DNA from: Botryllus schlosseri
Lineage: Eukaryota
Assembly: GCA_051294905.1 (NCBI GenBank)
Contig: CM119372.1
Coordinates: 39,930,001 to 39,994,000 of the forward strand
DNA: 64,000 bases
Direction: 5' to 3'
Below, piece after piece: positions 49,120 through 63,124 of this stretch. Below the pieces are notes generated by a model that had not been told where the DNA came from, searched no databases, and worked only from the letters and a program-made list of their open reading frames with translations. The position numbers and the translations under genes were made by a program. Each line of letters begins with the position of its first letter. The first letter of the stretch is position 1.

Positions 49120-52100
49120 CTAATGATATAATGATGTCATTATAACACTTTATGTTACAGAACTTTTTTACCAAACTTATATACTATAGAACTGAAACTA
49201 GTTACTTATAGTTGACTAATTTAACTAATTCGAGATATATCTGGAATGTTTCTACGCTCACATTTTAATTCATATTTTGTGATACGATTGTTGATATTCA
49301 GTATTCTTTCCAATTCTCTACTACTTGCTGGCGATTACCCCTAACGAGTGTCAGCCGAAAATATTCGGATTCATTTCAACACGAATATATTATTCAATTG
49401 TATATGGAAGTTCTGTACTACCAAGCGGCTCTTCAAATATGAATTGTAATCAAATTTGTGTTTTTTTTTCAATGCTACAGGAGAATTGTGTAGTGCGGAA
49501 TGAGCCAAGCTTTCTGCACAGACATCTGTCATTCTTATATTCAGAAGGATGAACTCTGATTTGATATGGACTTTATTTTTGTTACATTTCTTTCTGATCC
49601 GGAATAAAATTGAATCTCCGAGTTTTTGAAAATTCAATGATTGTTTATTTGATGAAATTTGGTAAAAATGTGTAGCTATTATTCTAATTCTAATCTGATT
49701 TGGAAAAGCTACCTTTTTCTAGTTCCGAGGTGGTTAGTAACAATGTACATCTGCTATTTACGAGTGCTCGAGTAGGCGTTGCCGAATTACGCTACTTACT
49801 CAAAGGCTTATGTTGTTATACGCTTCCCACTTCCATTTGACAGTTTGCTGAGAAACTACCTTACAACCTCCAATTTTTTAAGTAACCTCCTCTGATCGAA
49901 TATAATAAATGTGCGTGAATTCTCGATCATATCTGCTATCACGACTCCACTCGAATCGTTGCACCAATCCCTACTAGACTATTAAAATTGTTACTTCGTT
50001 TACTAAACACGTTACTATGTAAAAAGAAATGCGGTTTGTATTATAATCAGTTCGAGCATACGCGTGTCAGATTAGTGTGGTTTTAAATCGTTCTGATTTC
50101 ATAGATATTTGAACGATTTCGTGACGAAATATAAGCTGTATCGCTGACAATCGTCTAATATTGTATAATTCACGCGTTAGTTCGATAATTAGTAAGGATT
50201 TTGGTCGATTTCGCGACGTGAAAAGGTGACCTTCGTTGCAAGCAACCGCGAGCCGTCCTCGCCTAAACAATGGCGCCACTACAGTTGCGTGCGAACCAAA
50301 ACCGCCGAATGTTTATGTTCAAACCGAAATAAAATCTCAAGGCCGTACGAATGTAAGGTTACGTTAACCCTCGCGTGACAAGTTTGGGTTGCAACAGCAA
50401 ATCGAGTCGAGTGGTAAAAGATGATATCTTCGAGTGCTGAAATGATACGCTCTTTCAACTAATACGGAATTTATTAACGAGAATTATAATTTCGATACTA
50501 TTTTGCATTGTAGAAGCCCCAAAACCTCGATTGGTGGTATCGCAGCATACGAAATATGTGGCACGAAGCTACGCACGTTACTGGAAATGGCATATCTGTG
50601 AAGTCGTGATCAACCAACAGCATTGTCGCAAAGTCAATGAAATAGGTATGGTAGAAAAAATACAAAATTAACTTTCATGTGATGTAGAACTGGCATTTAT
50701 TCTTTGTGGTCGCATTAAAGGTACATTTAAAAATTTCCACATTATTAATAATGTTATGAATTAATAATGAGTGATAATCGAATCACAATACTAGATTTAG
50801 AATCGAATGACTACATAACGAACTACGCAACGATAACACCGCGCGAGGCGCGTACCGGGTTAAATTTACGCAACGCGAGGCATGTTATCAGCGGCTTTCA
50901 GAATCTGAAATTTGACACGAAAATAGCCGGTCACGCATGCGCGATAGTCGAGATCGCGTGCGAGCCAGGCCTAAACATCAACATCGAATGGTTTGTTTAA
51001 ACTTGGACTTAAATTGCGTGATGGAAGCGGCCAATTATCGCGCTGATTCACAGATTTGGAATTTCGGTCTCGTTTCGGACGGCGGTCGCTTTTCTCTCTG
51101 TGACGTCACGACCGCATGAATAGCTAGCGCCGAACAGTTCGGAATATGATAGCTACGTGATATTGAAAAAGCATATGCATATGAATTTTAAGTATTTTTC
51201 AGCGACTCTATGAAATCACCACTTCCAGAATTGGATAACTACATTAGTCTATTTGTCTAATAAGACTAATTGCTACATGCCGGTAATCTAATTCTCATAG
51301 AATTTGAGAGATGTTTCCCTGATCATGTCGTAGGAGAACAGTATAGTGCGAAACGAGCCAAGCTCGGTGTACAGGCATTTGCCATCCTTGTGCTTCTGAG
51401 GATATACTCTGATTTGGTGTGCGACGAAATTGATTTTTGTTGCATTTCTTTTTTAAGCCGGGATTGAATTCAATTTCCAAGGTTTTTTTAGAATCAGTAA
51501 TTCTAATCCTCATCTAATTCGGAAGAAATTGTGTAGCTAAGATCGTTTAATTACCTTTTAAAAAGCTGGAGTTTTGTAGTGGCCCAACGCCTACGCTACG
51601 ATAAGAATATTGTATATCAAATTGAGTCAAATTTTGTGTCTAGAAATTGTGCTTACAATTGTCATATATATTTTCGGCTGACACTCGTCAGGAGTGATCG
51701 TCAGCAACTAGTACAGAATTGAAAAGAACGTTGCATATCAACAATCGTATCACAAACTATACAAATATCGGTGTTTATTCCAATATAAATATATTATTTG
51801 TTTTTACATTAAAGTCAAATACCTCCAAGAGTGTATTCAAACTGAGCTTACCTCTTCGTTAAGGCTTTGTTGTCGACTAGCGGGCTGGAATCTGTCGCTC
51901 GATTTCGAAGAATTTCTGTAATCAGGATTAGAACAGCAATTAAGATCCGACGTCACGATAACTGGTACGTCATCAAACAAAAGAACCACAGACAGCCGTG
52001 TTGCAAATTCGCGATCGCGTGAGAAGTCAAAAAAGCCCGAGGCTGTTTCTTACGGTTTCGTGAATGGCAATACAAAGGCGTTTATAAACATGGATGACAC

Positions 52101-55100
52101 ACCACGTCTGCTTATCTGCTTGTTTATGTAATCTAATCGTTTCGCGGGAGAGAGGCTCGCACGAGATGCGCTGTTTACATCAAAGTAAGCGTTTATTTTG
52201 GTGCCCGTGCGTGCCGGGTTCTGTGGAGAACGCGAATCGTGTTCGGGATGATGATTATTTATTGACCGCACCAATCCGCAAAGGTTCAAAAGTCCAGAGT
52301 GTTTTATATGAAGAGAATGACCGGGACTTAATACTGACTACTCAATATTCGAAATCCGCTACTAGAACCTGAACTACTCACTTCTCAAAATACGTACACT
52401 ACCCAAAAATACAGTAGTCTGTTGATCGCCTACTAACCATATTGGTAGTTTATAATATTCTGTCCGACCCATATCAGATTTTTGAGCCGATACCGATAAA
52501 ACCGATCGCTAATCGCCTTCACCGGTATCAACGATATATACCCAAAAACTGTGGCATCTCGCCCGAGAAGGTCAGCAATGAAGTAGTTTCTACTACTTGC
52601 ACTTCTACTTCAAGTAGGTTTTTCCTGCTTGCTCTACTTAGTCAAGTAATTATGATTTTCGACTACTTCTACTTTCACCTGACACTATTTAGTCTTCTAT
52701 AGGCAAAACTAGGCCTAGAACACATACTTTTTGCATACTTGTAAATCGCTACTTCTACTTCTACTCGACTACCGACGAGGACTACTTTGAGCTACAACAA
52801 ATAGATCAATATTTCCATATTTAGCCCTATACAGTTCAGGAAAACCACACTTTAGATTGTAATCAAGATAAGAGCTAGCATTAGAACACCGACATTTTGC
52901 TCTAATTAGTATAATTGGATAACTAGAACTATGTAGTCGATCCATTCTGCCTTGAGCCAGCATTGTAATTTCACGGTCACGAGCAATGCACCCTAGCGTG
53001 AACGGATAGTTTGTAAATACAGCCCGTTAGAAACTGGCCTTCCAACGTAAACCGCACGCATTTTCTCTGGCACGCGATGTTTAGATCTCGTTGGCTGTTT
53101 ACACCGTCCACAACATCGCGTGTCTAGATCGCTTTTTAGAGGCGCAATTTTCGCGATTCCATCGCTCAGCGAGATAGCCGAATATGGCCTTCGGGTTGGC
53201 ACGCGAATGCTCCGCTTATCCGTCAAAGGATTACAATAACATCGCAAGCACCGTGATATAAGAGTGAGACATCGCAAGTTATGTAATCTATCACAAAAGC
53301 GCCTTTGAAGTGACGAATCGTGGCCGTTAATAAAGTCAAAACGCGCTTACTCGAAGACAAGTCCAATCAGAGAGTTACGTGACGGAATAATCATTACTAA
53401 ACGATTGTGCCGATATTACTGGGGCCTACGATGATTGCAGCATTCATTCAAAAGATTCGAGTCGAGAGAAATGATATATTGGAGTACTTGTATCACACGG
53501 TTCACCGAGAGCTAATTTATCTACAAAAATTAAAGTTTTCCAACGTGGAAGCCTTGAAACTTCGGTTGTCGTATCGCAGCATACGAAGCATGCAGTACAA
53601 CGCTACAAATGTTAAAGTGAATGGCGTATCTGTGAAGTCGTGATCAACCCAGAGCATTGTCACAAAGTGCAGTGAAATGAGTATGGTCGAACAAATACCA
53701 AATAACCTTTAATGTGATCTAGAACTGGCATTGAATTCTTTGTGGTCGCTCGCAAGGTACATATCTGAACTTTCCAGATCTTTCAAACGGTTATAGTATC
53801 GGCGATACTCGAAGCCTAATGCTCGATTCAATATCGAATCACTGAGAAACTCGTTTTCGTCCAACCCCAGGCTTTAGAGATATCACAGAATCGATTCATC
53901 TTAATAATCACGGAAAACGGGCGACCGTTAACTGTCAAAGCGCATCCGTTAGGGTGTAAAATCAACAACAGGTATATAGTTACACGGAAACACAGCAATC
54001 GATATGGGACTTGCGTAACGAATTGGATGAGTATGAGCATGGAACAGCAAACGCATCTTATCCAAATGCTAAGAATGTATCACGTCATCATAGTGATGTA
54101 TTTTGAGTAAATGCCGTTGTTGTTTTGGTTCATATGTTGCAATCATATCGCCTTTGTGTGCTCAGATCAAATTGTTAGTTTCTCAACACAAAATCACACT
54201 GTCAACACTGCGGTTTTCTTCCATTTTAGTGTTATATTTACACTTTTATATTGTTTATCCTACTTAACTGAGCGAGGAAATTCATTATAAATACCACAGG
54301 AGAACTGTTTAGTGTGAAACGAGCCACGTTCGGCGCACTGAAATTTGTTATTCTCATACTTACAGGAATGAACTTTGAAACTAGAACTAGAATCGATGTA
54401 AAAGTTTTTGCGAATTCAGTGATTCAAATTCTAATCTAATTAAAAAAAAACTGTGTAGCTAAAATTCTGATTCAAGTCTAATTCGTAAAAATCTGTGCAG
54501 CTATAATTCTAATTTTAATCTAATTCGGAAAGAAACTGTGTCGTCATCATTCTAATTCTAATCTAATTTGAAGCATCTGAGTTTGCTGTAGTCATATCGG
54601 GTCTCCATCTAATGCCAGTGTCGCAATTATTCAAAAAATGATCTAATTCCATGGCTTGTACGGTTCATTTTGTATTTCATGGATCGCGAAATGAATGACT
54701 TCTAGCTGTGGTGCAGACATATTGCAGATAAAACTGATATCTGTGACGCGAGGTTAAATGCATACGCTATTTCGTTAGGTATTGGTAACGGTATACGTTA
54801 TTATCACAGCAGTGGGAGTCAATAAGATCATGTTATTGTACGGACCGGAATTTTTCAGTAGAGATAACATAACATTCGCCTCCTTGTCAAAGCGATTCAT
54901 GCAAGATGGAATTTGTGCGGTCGCTGGCAACGGAGATCGCAAGTGCTTCGTGTTTATGATCTTGTTTACGAGAAACGATTCGTGTGGAAACGCCAGTTGC
55001 GACTGGTTCCGAAATTTGTATAGTTATGACTCAGACGCGCTTGTTTCTGTGCTTTACAATCGACTGTATTCCGCGTATAGATGCTTCTCATTTCGTAAAG

Positions 55101-58100
55101 GTACCAGCAAGTAGTAACTCGCACAGTAAGCCGTTTCCTGTTACGTTACGGCTAGACAACTTGGCCGAATTACGCATGGGACGCAAGCTAATGCCATTCA
55201 TAGATGGACAATGAGAAAATGTTCGCCTTTTCAAAATTTGATTGGAATTACAATTTTTGAATTCGAGAAAGAAATACCGGTACAACTAATTTCTCAGTTC
55301 ATTCGAGTTTTTTCAAATTAGATTGGAATTAGAATGACTGTATTCGTAAGAACTTGAAAATTGAATTCAATTCCAGATTAAAACAAAAACCAGATTTAGT
55401 TCATATCAAATCAATGAACACCCTGCATGTATATGAGAGTAAATTGGCGTAGATTTGGATTTCGATAATGGACCGGATTTAACGATAACATATTTCCCAA
55501 ACTCAAGTCGCTACCCACAAAATACCGCACACGTCGACGCCGACCCATAAAACAAAGGTCATATTGATTTAACAGCGCGCAAATATCATAAATTAGAAAA
55601 ATATCGTTCCATTTACAGCCAACGTACATACAAAGATGCGACGCATCGGGCGTATAAATTATTACAACTGTGTTTCACGAATCATGTATCCAAAACACGA
55701 TAATGCCAATATCTATATCTATATCTATATCTATATCTATCACCATAACTGCCGTGTGTTATGTATTTTGGTTGGATGAAAATAAAGACTCTCTCTCTCT
55801 CTCTATACCGCGCGAGATAATATCTAACGCGATAAGCGCGCGTATACACGGTATTATGACGAGCACGGGCGTTATCACGCTATTATGGTATCAGCGTCTA
55901 TTTTAAAGGATACATAACCTACACACAGGTGGGTTATAGGCCCCAAAACCGCCTTCACAATTATGATTTCACTTTAACAATTTTTACTCATACAGGGAGA
56001 CAATATATGAGAGTTGCAAGTTAGCAATATTAGGATAACACCGTTTAGTCACCCCTTATCAAATCGAGGCGATTATGAAAACAGACAAGGCATGTTAACA
56101 GTTTTGAGACTGCGAGGAAACGGGAGATATCTGATGATTAATAAATAACCAGTTATCAAACGATGATTCAATCCATAAATATTTTCGCAACCTTTCCCAA
56201 TCGTTCGACCCGCACTTTGTTAGCTCGCGGAGACATAACACTCCGCGTACGAATGAATGTTTAGAGTTGATTGTTTGTTAAAGGGAGGAGGATATTTCTG
56301 CACACACACGTACACAGTTACACACGCATAATATCGAATATGTCTGGCAAAAATACAACTGCTGGAAATCCTGTAACGAGTTGGACAACTATACAATTCA
56401 AGTATCGAATTACACTAATTACATCGAAATGTCGGTAATTTAATTATTTTGTGAAATGATTCTGTGCTCTCATTTTAAATTCCAATCTTATTTCTGGTGT
56501 TAAGTAAAATGCTACAGGATAACTGTATAGCGGGAAACGTGCCAAGCTCGGCTGTACAGACATTTGCCATTCTCGTGCTTATGAAAATTAACTTGAATGT
56601 TTCACGGAATTGAATTCAATTTCCAAGTTCAAATTAAAAAGTTAAAATTTCAATCCAATTTCAAGATAACGATGTAGCTATCATTCTAATTCTAATCTAA
56701 TTTGAAAAATAGCTTTCAATACAGCATCCATTGCAGTATAACATATATTAACACTCGAAGACTTTTCGGGTGCCTCTTTTCATGAGATATCGGCACACTA
56801 ACGGGATGTAAACAGCTTCAAAAGCAAAACCAATAAGGTGGGGTACGGCGATTTGGAAAACGCTGAAAATTTTCTACAGTTGTCGAATGGTTGTTGTAGC
56901 GGCCGACCATCACAATGGTCAGAAATGCACGAAGCAGTTTTAGTCCGGAAATATGACATTTTTGATCTATTGACTTTATGCGACTCGAATCACTACAATC
57001 AATCCCCGAATCGTTTATCTTGGCCTAGGCTACTCATAATCGCCAGGGGCGTCTTGTTGTGACGTGTGCTGACATTTTATCATAGTACTGAGTAAATACA
57101 GCGTTGGCGTTTGTGTGTAAGGTACAATTGTTTATGAAAGCGATGTTAACGCAATGTGGCGTCTGTTACATGCGTTCATAGGCGCTCGCACAATGGAAGG
57201 GTAGCTTTATAGCAGAACATATTGGCCGGATAAAAGCTTGAAATATATGGTTGTTATGAAAAGAGAGTATCTTATGGTTACGGATTCAGTGTTTGGAATA
57301 ATTCCAGTTCACTTGCTTACACTTACACAAACAACTGTAGCTAATATCTCTTTGTGGGCAGAGTGCTGGATATGTATTTACGTTTGTTACAAACGTTTTG
57401 TGGACGCAGCACACATTGTTATGACTTCACCCATTCACGGCGAAACAGCGCCACACAATAGGCATCTGGGATTGAGCCACAAATCAAAGGATACAGATAT
57501 ATATCTTAAAACCGATCGTTGAATACAGGGTTAGTTAACAGCCTTGTTGCGGTGCTATAAAACAGCGGAAATGACGTAAAGTTAAGATTGACTGGTAACC
57601 AATAGCGAAACTGCTCGCGATCAACCACAATTGAACAACTACATAATTCTAGTTGTCTAATTACACGAATTAAAGCGTGAGCGTTTATGAGATTTGCAGA
57701 GCTGATATGAAGCCAAGTGAACTTGATTTATTTCGTATTTCATTTTAATTCCGTATTGTCTTCAATTTTTAGGTTTTTCTAATCTACTTTTGTAGCAAAA
57801 AACTATGTAGTTATAATTCCAATTTTAATCTAATTTGACTTTCCAAGTTGCACAACCCCGTAATCAACCATCGTATAGCTTGTTTACAAGCAATCCGTGA
57901 CCTTTCTACGAGTTGAACAACCCCGCAGAGTATGCGACAGGCCGAGATTGATAACATTCGGGTTATTGATATTGTAATCGGTCGAGAGGAAACTAATACT
58001 GCTCCAAGTCGATGCGTTAGTGGGGTTTGTTCAGAAGCAAAACACATCTTTGTCTGAGAGGCACAGAACTTGAGAATATATTATTCAACTGTATATATCT

Positions 58101-61100
58101 GTGCATGTTTGGTTTCGCATGCGCGGTTCTGCATTCAAACGGAAGCAATTTGCTTTTGTACCAGTGACTCGTAAACACGTCACAAAAGTGACTCATGTCA
58201 ACAGGCGCGTGTTTACATCGGTACATTGTTCGGGCACAAGGGATGTCGTTATTTATAGAATGCGCTTCTTGCGAAACGGTCGCTGTACAATGGGAACTCG
58301 CGGGATAGCGAAACACATCAATAGCCGCAGGCTTGTGCAAACTACTGGAGTTATAAAATGCGCAACTGGAACTAGAACTACTCACTATTCCAGATACGCA
58401 ACTACAACTAGAACTAAAACTACTCACTTTTCAAAAGTACGGGGTTCCTACTTTGAAATGGGTCTCGACCCCAAAACCCACATTTCTACTACCCACCGTT
58501 AGCAGTGAAGGCTCTGAGTTACCAATGGCTGTAAGAACATCACACAACAGGACACCGGTATCACGATTCACGACATAAGACAATATGTTTTCAAATTGTT
58601 CTAAAACTAATTCTTTTTAAATGCGCAAACTAGAACTAGTATTATTCTCTTTTCAAAATCCGCAACTAGAACTAGAGATACTAAAAAACAGTAGTTAGTT
58701 CGCTGTCAACCAACTTGATTGTTAGTTTGTACATATTTACCGGCACAGAGTTGTAGTGCGAATCTAAATACGTCCGCCTCGCGTGACGTAATCAGGCCAG
58801 ATATGTCATATTTTCGATTCCACAATGAACAATTATTACCAAACGAGTGTCTGTTCAAAAAATTCCAAAGCGTTCGACCGGTTATGACAACACCCACGGA
58901 TTTCTTTGTGCGTTAGTGATTAAAACACGGTGGATTATTTACGTATTTAGTTCCCCAATCATTCCTTGTTTTAGTAAACCAGAAAAAATGGTTATCCTTT
59001 GTTTCAACGCAATGACAGATATTGGCCTCACACGAGTCGACAACACTTTTAGCTGTAAACAAGATTGAATAACATAACATAATAACATAATCATATGTTC
59101 TTCAATTGTATCCGAAAGAATTTGTCTTTGCACACGAATTAGAAATGATCGCGCACACCGCGGCATAACAGGCACCGCGATTGCGTATTGATAGGTTCAC
59201 GACGCTTTGGAACACCCAGAAATAATCGCATTGCGGGCACAAATACTCGATTTCGCGTAAGCACTCATCATTAAGGCTTGGTACAACCCAGTAACCGAAC
59301 GAATCAAATTTGAATCGAGTATTTGACTTCCAGAATCACTCTTTGCGAATTCATTACAGTATGGCTGATGTATGAAGTACAAATATGTACATTTTATGCC
59401 ACCACAAAGCAGATAATGTGGTTCTACAGCAGGTTTGATCACGGTTTCACAGATATGTTATTTGTACCACGTGTGTCGTATGCTGCGATATGGCCAATCA
59501 ATTTCCCAACCTTCTACAGTGGAAAATAGCTTCAAAACTTTATTTTCGTCATTCAATTAACTCTTATTGGCAATTATCGCATCAGTTCAGTACTCAAAAA
59601 ATTATCTCTCATTACAATTAATACTCGAATATTTTGTTACTCGTAATGGAGCGTGTCATCTTTAATATCACAGTGCATCAAAAGGACGCTGTGATGTACG
59701 CACGCATGCAATTGCTTGGCAGTTGTCAGCAACCATACATATGTATTCCCAAATGGATTAACAATCGTTCGATAAGCTGTCCATAATCAGACGGGGTCTG
59801 ATCCATCGAGTCATTCAAATTACAGCACACGACATTGATAGTTTGTAGCTTTGCTGATCTCAAAGGGATGCGATCAATACCAGGCCCGGTAAAGCAAACA
59901 GCTAATCACCAACTGCATGCGCGAATCTAATCGACAGATTACTCACGTGTTGACTGCGCCGTGACTGGGAATTCTCGCCTGAAAACAGAAATCAAAGCGC
60001 TGAATGGCGGTTTTTAGTTGTTTTTGTTATTGTGATGTCATACCTCGCGGTTGTCGTTGGCTTTGTCTGGATTTCGTTCGACGGGAGATACTGCGAAACA
60101 AGGTCACTGTATTACAAACTATTGACTTGCACAGCTAGATCATTCTACTTGTCTTAATTAGAGTGATCATAGCGATATACCAGTAATATAATTTCAAAGT
60201 AATTTCTGGCGTTCATGAAAATGCTACAAGAAAACTGTATACTGTGTAGTGCGAAACGAGCCAAACTTGGTGTACAGAAATTTCCTCAAACTTGATACGA
60301 AGCCAACTTGTTTTTTGTTGCATTTCTTTCTAATTCGGAAAGAAATTCAATTTCCAAGTTGTTGCGAATTCATTAATTCTAATTCTAATACTACAGTCTA
60401 ATTTGGAAAAAACGGTGTCGTTATCATTCAAATTGTTTTACATTTTATTTAAAAAAATGTGAAAACTTTCTATCTGTATAATTAAGAAACAAACCTGCTG
60501 GGCGAGGGGGTGTACTGGGGTCGCCCCCTTTTTGAGAAGCGAGCTCCATCATTTTTTGATGGTAGAGCAAAATCTTTTGCGCGATCTCGTTCATGTCACC
60601 GCCCTGATGATTGGGAACCTGTCGATTTTCATAAAAACAATTGAAAACACTCAAAAATCGTGTTGAATATCGGGCCACGTACCGGTCTCGGAACAGCCTG
60701 GTTGGACCCCGGAAAAAAGGGGTTTTGTGGCATTAGTTGCTGGTAGAGAAGCTGTCTGAAGTGTTCTTGGGTCGCGTTCGATAAATCGCCTGTAACGACA
60801 AAAGTCGAAAGTCAAACAATAGACCTGGACATCCGAATAATTCTAGTAGACCAATTAGTAGCCTATTAGGCTAATTTGCTTTAATCTGCTTTCCTGAAAA
60901 TGTGACAGGAGAACTGTATAGCAAGGAACGAGCCAAGCCAGGTGTACAGACATTTGTCATCCTCGCGCCTATGAGGATCAACTATGATACGATATGACCT
61001 TGATTTTAGTCGTATTTCTTGCTAGTTTGGAATTATTCAAAAGCTTAGTTTTATCGAGCTTGTAAACAAATTTTGGAAACGTTTTGTAGCTACCGTTCCA

Positions 61101-63124
61101 ATTATGATAAAATTTGGAAAAGATCCAAATCTGTACCTGGTTTGGCAAAAGCCCCGCTCATTGCATCACTGCCGGCCTGCAACCGCCTCACGTGATCGGC
61201 GTTCGAGTGGGCAGGATCGTTCGGGTTCATCTGCTGGGCCAGGGCGCGGGCCAGCGAATCAAAGGGCGTGGTCGAAGCGAACGACATCGGTAAATTTAAC
61301 GCTAAAATGCGAAAGGCAAATTTTACAAACTTGAAAATTGTATCATGTTCCACACTATAATGAGTTACATCACATCAAACCAGAGTTCAATCACACAAGC
61401 ATGAGTATGACAAATGTCTACACATGCAACAATCTCGGATCTTTTCGCACTAGACCGTTCTCCAGTAGCATTTTCAGGAAAAGTAGAAATTCGATGAAAA
61501 TTAGAAGGAGAGCATAGGAAACATTTCATAAATTACACTCGAATTATCTAGCTGTCCAAGTCCGCAACATAATATTTCGAAGCAAGATATAGAAACTCAT
61601 CAAATAAACACACACGACGTCCAGAAGTGCACTTACCCGATCCTTGCGGGGCCGCGAACAGATTGTGACCGTTGTAGGGGGCCAGAATGGAAGGGGGCCA
61701 ACCCATGCTTGGCAGAGACGCATCTGCGAATAAAACTATCGATTAGAACCGACATGTTCTCGAGATTTGGACAAATAGAAAATAATTCTATAATTGCCTT
61801 TGTTAGAGTAAAATGACGGTGATCAAATTCTAATCTAATTTAGAAGAATCTGTGTAGCTATGATTGTAATTATAATCGAATCATCATCAATTGATTCTAA
61901 TTCTAATGTAAATTTTGTATGGTAATCCAACTTTACTTGTGCAGTTATACAAAAAGCTACCTTGTCTGCCAGGTGACTTGCGTTCCTGGGTCTGATCGCT
62001 CGCCCGTCGAGCCCCACTCGCGATTTTAGCCGCAGAATCGTGACTTTTGGGGTGCATGAGCAGGAAATGCTGCTCCAAAAGGTTCTGCGAGTCGCTGACG
62101 TTTCGGTATTCGCAGAACTGGCAGCGGAACGACCATTTCGAACCGAGCCCGTTCGAATCGAAGTAAACGGGGGTACGGAAACCGATCTGCAAAACAAACT
62201 AACTTGAAGTCGTAGAGAAAAGACACACGAAAGCAAAAGTAGACGCCCCCCATAGCAGCTGTTTACGAAGTGTTTACAAAATAAGAGGTAGTTGCGCAAC
62301 AATCGGTTCCGCTACGATGAGCGTCACGTATGAAATACCACAGCTATCTCAAGAATATAGTAGACCCCAATCATATTCCTAGCCTAACCCAGGCTCAACT
62401 TTAACTAGTAATAGGCACAATGATTCGAGAACTAATTTTGATGATTCGAGTCGAGCAGTGAGATATGATCTTCTTGAAACTGAAACGATATACGCTACTT
62501 GCCAGTAAGAGTGAGTTTCGATCGTATTTGCCACCGCCGAAGCCTCGAAAGATTGGTTGTATCGCAGCATACGAAACATGCGTAATATATCTACGTACGT
62601 TAGTGAAAATCACATATCTGTGAAGTTATGGTCGACCCATACAGCATTGTCACAAGGTGCAATGAAATAGGTAAGGCACAAGAAATACAAAATGATCTTT
62701 AATGTGATGTAACACTGGCATTATATTCAGCTTTCCACAACGATTCAGAATAAAATCTTTGCCGAGCCCGAGTCATAAGAAGAGTTCGCAAAATCAGTTT
62801 CAAATCTCACCTCAACCCCGTCGTACATCACAGGCGTCTTCCCGGATCCGGACTTTGCCCCGGATTGATTCCTATCTCCGGAACTCAAGTCCGGCAGCAT
62901 CGGGAACATGTTGAAGTTTTTCTGCATGGCGGCCGCGATCATCCACTGCTGTTTCAAACTTTCGACCGGAGACTCCGGATGGTTCCGGTTGTCCGAAGGC
63001 GGGTTCAGACTTTTCGTGAACGTGTTGACGTTGACCTGCATCTCGTCCAGCGAGGAGAGGGAGTTTGGGCGCCTGTCCTGGTTTTGGGAGATTCCATCTG
63101 GGAGTTTTGTAGCGATTGGTAAAG
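48808..63124 (-). CDS. TRPS1: TRPS1-like / Ikaros-family zinc-finger transcription factor, 3' part; complement join(63124..62811,62186..61961,61723..61637,61301..61137,60789..60683,60618..60495,60090..60044,59978..59947,51915..51852,49119..48808)
   Basis: C-terminal finger pair CTYCDITFGDDTMHALHMTCH...CTICDQDCHEKYYFNVHLLRGLH resembles TRPS1 (MYALHMSCH...KYDFTTHIQRGLH); upstream finger FRCQFCEYRNVSDSQNLLEQHFLLMHP resembles TRPS1 FRCKFC...ELEQHFLQTHP; all ten exons join with compatible phases and no stops. Confidence 0.75.
51852..51915 (-). CDS. TRPS1: Small exon (NSSKSSDRFQPASRQQSLNEE)
   Basis: tacag acceptor, GAG|gtaagc donor; phase 2 to 0 fits both neighbours. Confidence 0.6.
55709..55804. 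repeat. (ATATCT)n and (CT)n microsatellites
   Basis: Directly visible. Confidence 0.9.
59947..59978 (-). CDS. TRPS1: 32-nt exon (ARIPSHGAVN)
   Basis: ttttcag acceptor, gtgagt donor; 65-bp intron upstream. Confidence 0.6.
60044..60090 (-). CDS. TRPS1: Exon (SPVERNPDKANDNRE)
   Basis: ttcgcag acceptor, gtatga donor; phase 1 to 0. Confidence 0.65.
60495..60618 (-). CDS. TRPS1: Exon (VPNHQGGDMNEIAQKILLYHQKMMELASQKGGDPSTPPRPA)
   Basis: Inside ORF 60445..60678; gacag acceptor, gtttgt donor. Confidence 0.75.
60683..60789 (-). CDS. TRPS1: Exon (DLSNATQEHFRQLLYQQLMPQNPFFPGSNQAVPRP)
   Basis: ttacag acceptor, gtacgt donor; 64-bp intron downstream. Confidence 0.75.
61137..61301 (-). CDS. TRPS1: Exon (LNLPMSFASTTPFDSLARALAQQMNP...GAFAKP)
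   Basis: Inside ORF 61102..61353; ttttag acceptor, gtacag donor. Confidence 0.78.
61637..61723 (-). CDS. TRPS1: Exon (ASLPSMGWPPSILAPYNGHNLFAAPQGS)
   Basis: ttcgcag acceptor, gtaagt donor; phase 1 to 1. Confidence 0.75.
61961..62186 (-). CDS. TRPS1: Exon with C2H2 finger FRCQFC...LEQHFLLMHP
   Basis: Inside ORF 61887..62192; ttgcag acceptor, gtagct donor. Confidence 0.85.
62811..63124 (-). CDS. TRPS1: Exon (...SLKQQWMIAAAMQKNFNMFP...KTPVMYDGVE); 5' boundary uncertain (63124 or 63097)
   Basis: GC3-rich open frame, GAG|gtgaga donor; covers ORF 62745..63041. Confidence 0.75.

Noticed and set aside
52993..53277. Minus-strand ORF with CGRC...VSNGLYLQ, superficially like a GATA finger in the expected intron
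   Set aside because: No second CxxC, no LWR motif, wrong spacing and no convincing phase-compatible splice sites.
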